This document shows positions 58,101 through 64,000 of a stretch of DNA of 64,000 bases, in pieces. Source of the stretch: Zygnema circumcarinatum SAG 698-1b (lineage: Eukaryota; Plantae; Zygnematophyceae). The notes beneath the pieces were generated by a model that was given only the letters and a program-made list of their open reading frames with translations, searched no databases and was not told where the DNA came from. The stretch lies in assembly GCA_037447605.1 (NCBI GenBank), contig CM074822.1:891492-955491 (forward strand), in the 5' to 3' direction. A program made the position numbers and the translations under genes. Positions within the stretch are counted from its first letter, which is position 1. Each line of letters begins with the position of its first letter.

Positions 58101-61012
58101 TGCGTTAAGCGGTAAAATTCCGCCGGGCATTGTCAACCTGCCAAACCTCTTAACCCTGTAAGTGCTTCCAACGGTTGGCAGATCAACTTTCATCTCTGCA
58201 TTGAAACCCCCGAAGTCGCTTCTTATTGAAGCTTGTTCTGAAACGTTTGTGTGTTGCAGGGCGCTTCAAAACAACACACTAAGTGGGGAAATTCCTGTTC
58301 GCTCTTCGAAGCTGAAACCATTGGAGATTTTGTAAGCAGCCATAGTCAAAGACCTTCATCTTCTTTCCTTCGCTTCTTTTCAGGCAATGTTGCCCATATC
58401 TATCTTAGCGATGTCGTACCCATGTCAGTGGGATGGTTCAAACGTTCTAAAACTTGCCTCTTCCTTGCTTAATGGGCGAGTTGTGGTCCTATTCCTCAGT
58501 GTCATGGGTATCAACAAGTTTTCGGGCGAAATTCCAAAGTGGGTCTTCACCACTCCGTTTGTGTAAGTTTGCTGACATGCAGAACCCACCACTCTGAATT
58601 GATCTACTGAGTTTCAGTGATATGGAGGTTTAAGGAGATTCCCTGCCTATGAAGATTCCCCTTTTTAACAGTTTTAGGGAAAACTGAAAACTGTGCTTTC
58701 ATGCATGTAGGTAGCTGCACAGTGAAGGATAATTGAACTCGTTACCTTTCTATTTTGCACCTTCTATCTTACCCTTTGACCTTCACACTTTCGCACTCTG
58801 CTTCTTTTTCTTTTTTCCTCTTCTCTCGCCTTCTATCTGTCTCTCTCCTTCTCTCTCTCTCTCTCTCGGTCCTTTTCCTTTGATCTTAATTTCTCGATGT
58901 TTTCTGTAATCCACTTTGATCTCAGGCTCTTGTATAATAACCAGTTGGTTGGAAAAATTCCGAAAATTCCAAGCTCCGCCAACGTTATGTAAGTGTAATA
59001 TGATCAGGAAAGAATAAATGGTTGTATTTCTTTTATTGAAACTTAATTTTTACCTGGGAGTGAAGTGTTTTCACTGACATGCCAGCTCTTGCTGCACACT
59101 GAAATAGGTCTGTTTTAGGTTTTTTTTTTTTGTTTGTGGGTTGATTTGTGTTGTCCTAAGCTTCGTTTCATGTTCAAATCAATTCGTTCTGTTTGTTTGC
59201 GTAAGCTTTAACTGATGCGCGGCTTGTACAGCTGCCGCCATTGGTCTTGCTCGGCTGCAAGGTTACGGCCACTTCAGGACGTCTTGGGTCTCAATGGGTT
59301 TCAGGGTTTTAGGGTTTTTAGGGTTTTTAGGGTTTTGAGTCATTTAATGTTTCTGATTCTCATAATAGATTGCCGTGGGTGGTTCCTTGTGACATTTTAA
59401 GAGTTGAATGGCGCTCCTCGTATGACATTGCCGTGAATTTGAGCGTTTCATGAAGAGTTCCTTTTTCTAACCATTGACCTCCTTCCCACTGACTCCTTGG
59501 AGGCTGCAGTGAGCTGAGCTCAAACTATCTATCTGGAGAGGTAGTCATTTCAGACGGTGCAGAGTCCTCATATTACTTTTCGGGGAATTATTTCTCGAAT
59601 ATCACTGGAGGAAGTACCAGTTCTTTTATTGCTGGCGATGACAACTGCTTATCCGGAGCCCAGGCGGACGCCCAGACGTACTTCGGACCACAGAAGTCAA
59701 ATAAAGTATGCAATAATTTCTGCAATGCAAAGCAGGCAGGCGGAGCCTGCGGGAAGAACGGAGTCTGCGGCCCCGCCGGCGCTAAGGCCCCGACATGCAC
59801 CTGCAAGAAGGGGTACTTCACCTTCGTCAAGAAATTCACATGCACTAAAGGTATTTCCCCGCTTCCATTGTCACTGCCGTTTTTCCCTTTTTTTGTTCTG
59901 TTTCTATGATTGAGGGTGTGTTCGCACTCAAGGTTTCACACCTTGAAGTTTGCTTCGAGCAACGCGCTGTACTGTTTAGGTTTTGAGGGGTTTTGCAAGA
60001 GACTCGAGAACCCCTGTCCGGTTGAGTCCTGTTTGTACTAATTCTAGTCCCTGGATGTTCCTGTTTTCTGCCCCTTAGACGCGCCGCCGAGCCCTAGCGC
60101 CCCCGCGGTCGGAGGGAGGACTTGAGCGAGGGACTTCGAGGCGATGGGGCTTGACTTGACTTGACTTGACTTGACTTGACTTGACTTGTGCTTTGACTTT
60201 GAGTCTGGACGGGAACTTGAAGTTCTTAAGATATTGTTGGTCGCAAGGTCGGAAGACATGAGATACAAGAAGCTCCAAGACAATGAACAACAACAAACAA
60301 TGCTGGAATGAAGTTAGGGGCGATTCTTGTAGTTATTTTTGCTTTGGAATTGGATGGTCATAATGATCTGATGTTTTTGTCGTTGCCATGGCCATTAAGG
60401 ACTGCATGGAACTCATCACACGAACTAAAAACGACAGTAGCTTTCAAAGTCGACAAAGTCTGTAAAATTGTTAGAGGAGAGTACTGATTCTGTAGCTCGA
60501 CAGCGCAGAAAGGCCTCCGAAAAGCCACGTGGTATCCTGAAGACCGCCGTCGGTCCCGACCGACCGCAGCCGACCTCCAATGGGAACGGGCCACGTAAGC
60601 CGGAAGTTTTGGAAGAGCAACTCCAATGGGAAAGCGCCACATAAGCCCTAATCTCTAGATTAGTATCCCTTAATGGTAAGGCGCCACGTAAGCCCTACTT
60701 ATGCAAAACCAGCGTGATTGTTTAAAAGCAGCGAACGGAACAGGACGCCCGTCCTTGCTGCATCGGATTCTATATGCAATTTTTCCATAGTTGTTAAATA
60801 GAATTGTCGGCTGTTGAGGCAGAAATCTCTGGATCCCGTTTAACGGGTCTGGACTTTGGAGCGTTACTGTGTACGGATGCCACGTGGCATGCCATGAAGC
60901 CCTCGGGCGCCGGCGGTCGTTCAATGAAAGTCAAACCGTGAATTGCACGTGACTTGGTCGATCCAGCCGTCGATTACACGTGTTAAGATGATCGACGGTC
61001 AGGATCGCCTCG
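55186..61012 (+). repeat. Segmental duplication, copy 2 (paralogous to 40024-46529)
   Basis: Collinear homology including the promoter, all LRR exons and introns, the (CTTGA)n 3' repeat and the downstream GCCACGT-rich region. Confidence 0.95.
55941..60125 (+). CDS. Secreted LRR protein with C-terminal EGF-like domain, copy 2 (~381 aa, 11 exons)
   Basis: Same exon structure as copy 1. ATG 55941, last exon 60079-60125 (DAPPSPSAPAVGGRT*). The coding indels seen relative to copy 1 are in frame (-3 and +6 nt in exon 10). Confidence 0.86.
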
Positions 61013-61224
61013 AGCACTGCGCGCCGTGTCAGCGCATGTGGGCTCGCCCCTGCGCCCTTTCACCTTCAAAGACCAAAACGAGTTCTGCAGCAATAGCCAC
61101 TTGAAGCATTCTTTTGTGATTTTTAAATTAATAGGACATGTAGAGATAACGCTCTCTGCTTTCATAGCAAATCGCAGCGGTTTCACTTAAAAAAAGGAAA
61201 AAAGACAAAGAAGGGGCTTGAAAT

Positions 61225-63561
61225 ATGCAGGGGGCATGTACAAAGGGACCCAAAACCCTACTTTTAGCCGCACTTGTTCTGCAAACCTGGTTTTTTGAGA
61301 TGGGTTTCTGCCTTCGTTTCCGAGAGGACCTTGCTCCGTTAGAGCCTATCGAAGGGGCCTACTTTGGAGTGATTCCGCCAACAGAGGGATACCCTAATTT
61401 TGTGAAGTATGAAGGCAAGCAGCTTGGTTCGCCCCCAGTGGTCTATGTCACCTTCATTTCTATTCCGATGAATTTGGGGGATGTGGCGGCATTGAGACGT
61501 CACTTTCTTCAAGTAAGGGGTTTTTCTAACACTTCTATCATCTCGTCATCAACGTAATGAAGGTTGAATTTTGATCTACAATTGTTGATGCTGATGAAAT
61601 TTTGAACCTATTCTTGGCTTCTTCGAGTGAGGATTGGTCTAGTACACCACATATAATCAATTCGTTGACAACATAATGAATGTTTCATAATAAAAATTCA
61701 TAGTTTTGTTGAACATAGGTCGTGTGTTGATGCAAGCTTGATTTGATGCTTGGCAGGTTGTTTCGATTCAGGGTATCGCCCTCGTCACTTTGCAGCCTTT
61801 AAGGGGGTTAGAGGCAGTCACTGAGCAAGCTGTGCTGGAAGTTGGAGCGCTCATCCGCGAGTATGAGGTCCTGATCCAAACCTTCATAGCCCTCTTCAAG
61901 TGAGGATAAAAAGTTGAAATTTTAATCAATTTTAATTTAACTTGAAATTTTTTTTTTCAATTTCTTTTTGGGTTGAAAAATTGTACTCCTTTCTCCTTGT
62001 AAAAAGAAAAAGGGACCGATTCATCTGTGTTTTAAGAATAAGAAGAGCATGGCGAGGTGCTGACGAGTTTCTTAAGGATAGCTAACTAACTTACTAACTA
62101 GCAAACCTTTTTCGTTTCTGAAAATCGAGCAAATTTAAGATTGTGAATTATATAGCCTCCCTCCCTCCCTCCCTCCCTCCCTCCCTCCCTCGTTTTGCAG
62201 GTTTGGGGCCTCTGCACGATTGTTTCCTTTGGCCACGAAATGAACGGAGGGTGGTACCCGTGGGGGCAGAAGCCTTCAACATATGTCCCTGCATTCCGTA
62301 CGGTCTCGAGAGTGATAAAAAGCAGCACTAATCGAACAGCTATTGTTTGGGCGCCCAATGAAGGTGGAGGGTACCCATTTCCGGACGACCAGTAAGCCGC
62401 TTCTTTCTCAGAAAAAACGTAGAATTTCTTACAAACTCGGCTGGCTGAGTTCTTAGTTAGTTGAGTTCGTTGCGTTATGGGGGTAAGGGAAGGTTTGATA
62501 GCAAAAAATACACTCAAATTTCAGATCTACCTTTCCCAACTCACCCAACACTCCCCCTCCCCCTCCCCCTCNNNNNNNNNNCCTCCCCCTCCCCCTCCCC
62601 CTCCCCCCTTTGCATCTGATTAACTAACAAGACAATATAACTGTCTCGAATATCGATTGGCTGCACAGATTCAGTGCAAAGAATGGAACTTTGGACTTTG
62701 ATTTGATGGACACGAACGGCGATGGAGAGGTGAGCATGGCCGACGATATGTACTCCCCCTTCTATCCGGGGGACGATGCGGCGGATTGGGTCGGCCTCAC
62801 TCTCTACAATTGGGGGAAGGCTCACCCCACTTCAGCAAGCAATCAGCCGCCGGAGCCTTATCAGTTCTATAACAGAGTGGGTCCCTTATTATAATAACCA
62901 AAAGAAAATTCGCTATTCGTAAGCTTTCTTCATGCAGTCAAAAGATATGTAGACTTTTCTTATGAAGTATCTCGTTCTATTGCCCGCATAATTCACAGCC
63001 ACGCTGAAAATAAGGTAACTCGAACCAAAGGAAAGGCAGTGGAATGAAGAAAGTGAGGATGTCATTTTTAAGAAATTTGAGAATTTTGGATTTTTTGCAC
63101 ATGTGGGTTTTGTTTGACATAAGCCTCCGACTTTGATTTTGAAGGGAAGAAGGAGAGATTGAGAGAGGGAAGGAGGAGGAGGCAGGGGGCGCAGATAGGG
63201 AGAGGGAGGAGGTCCTGTTCGGGATCATAACTTGTACTGATACTAAGCTGGTCTGTTATGTTTTGCTTTTGTTTCGGTAATTATTTTTCCGTGTGGAAAA
63301 GTCACCCGAAAATCTTATGTGCACTGGATGTTTTGGTTTTTCCTTATTTTTTTCAGCTGACAGGAAACTATGCGGGAATCGCCGGCGACCAAACGGAGGT
63401 CCCGGACTTCTATCAAATGTTTTGCTCCAATGCTTCAGGGCGCCAAAAGCCGCTCCTTATAGCGGAAACATCTCAAGCCTATGATATGGGCAATAACATC
63501 AGCTCATATTCTTCTTTGGAACTGAAGGCAGCGTGGTGGACGCAAGTTTTTAATAGCCAAG
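61225..63561 (+). CDS. Secreted glycoside hydrolase family 26 (beta-mannanase-like) protein; continues beyond the window
   Basis: Exons 61225-61512, 61757-61867, 62201-62391, 62669-62876, 63357-63561 in phase. Signal-like N-terminus; GH26 motifs GAYFGV, FGHEMNGGWYPWG (acid/base Glu), VWAPN, YSPFYPGDD.ADWVGLTLY, KPLLIAET (nucleophile Glu), KAAWWTQVF. Confidence 0.85.
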
Positions 63562-63591
63562 GTGCAGAGTACTCTCCCCCCTCTTTTCTGC

Positions 63592-63812
<221 letters not shown>

Positions 63813-64000
63813 TCTGTCTTTCCTCCCTCCACTCCCTCCGTTTGCACCTTTCTCTCTTCCAAACTCCTGAACTCCCAAATTTTCTCCTTTTGCTTTGCTT
63901 TGCTGAACCAACCGTTCGGTTTGTTCCATTTCGTTCCATCTCGCTTCGTTCTCTTCGGTTTCGTTCGGATCCCCTCACAGTTCGTTTGTAGATGTGACAA

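Noticed and set aside
63357-63480. Apparent frameshift in GH26 before the nucleophile motif
   Set aside because: On recount ATG TTT TGC TCC keeps PDFYQMFCSNASGRQKPLLIAET in one frame.

Overview
Eukaryotic, intron-rich, plant-lineage draft genomic DNA. The gene set (ethylene receptor, plant-type RAP74, DUF3054, mTERF, plant-type tRNA-Val) and the CT/GA-filled introns suggest a streptophyte alga; this taxonomic call is inference only. There are four N gaps. I spliced gene models by hand from GT/AG sites and reading-frame continuity. Genes in order: 3' end of a SAM methyltransferase, tRNA-Val(CAC), a 9-exon ethylene receptor, an Mpv17/PMP22 protein, a DUF3054 plastid protein, an unidentified gene, proteasome chaperone PAC1 (3' end duplicated across an N gap, probably an assembly artifact), an F-box/Kelch protein, TFIIF-alpha/RAP74, an intronless mTERF, two paralogous secreted LRR+EGF-like genes in a ~6 kb segmental duplication, and a GH26 glycoside hydrolase running off the right end. 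The most striking non-genic structures lie between the two LRR copies. One is a triple-nested set of ~1 kb foldback elements with GG...CC ends and exact 8-bp target-site duplications. The other is a ~4 kb satellite whose 43-bp unit consists of one heptamer in alternating orientation. The ethylene receptor keeps its ethylene/Cu-binding residues but has Glu at both phosphorelay positions (His and Asp). All homology calls are from recalled motifs; no database was searched.
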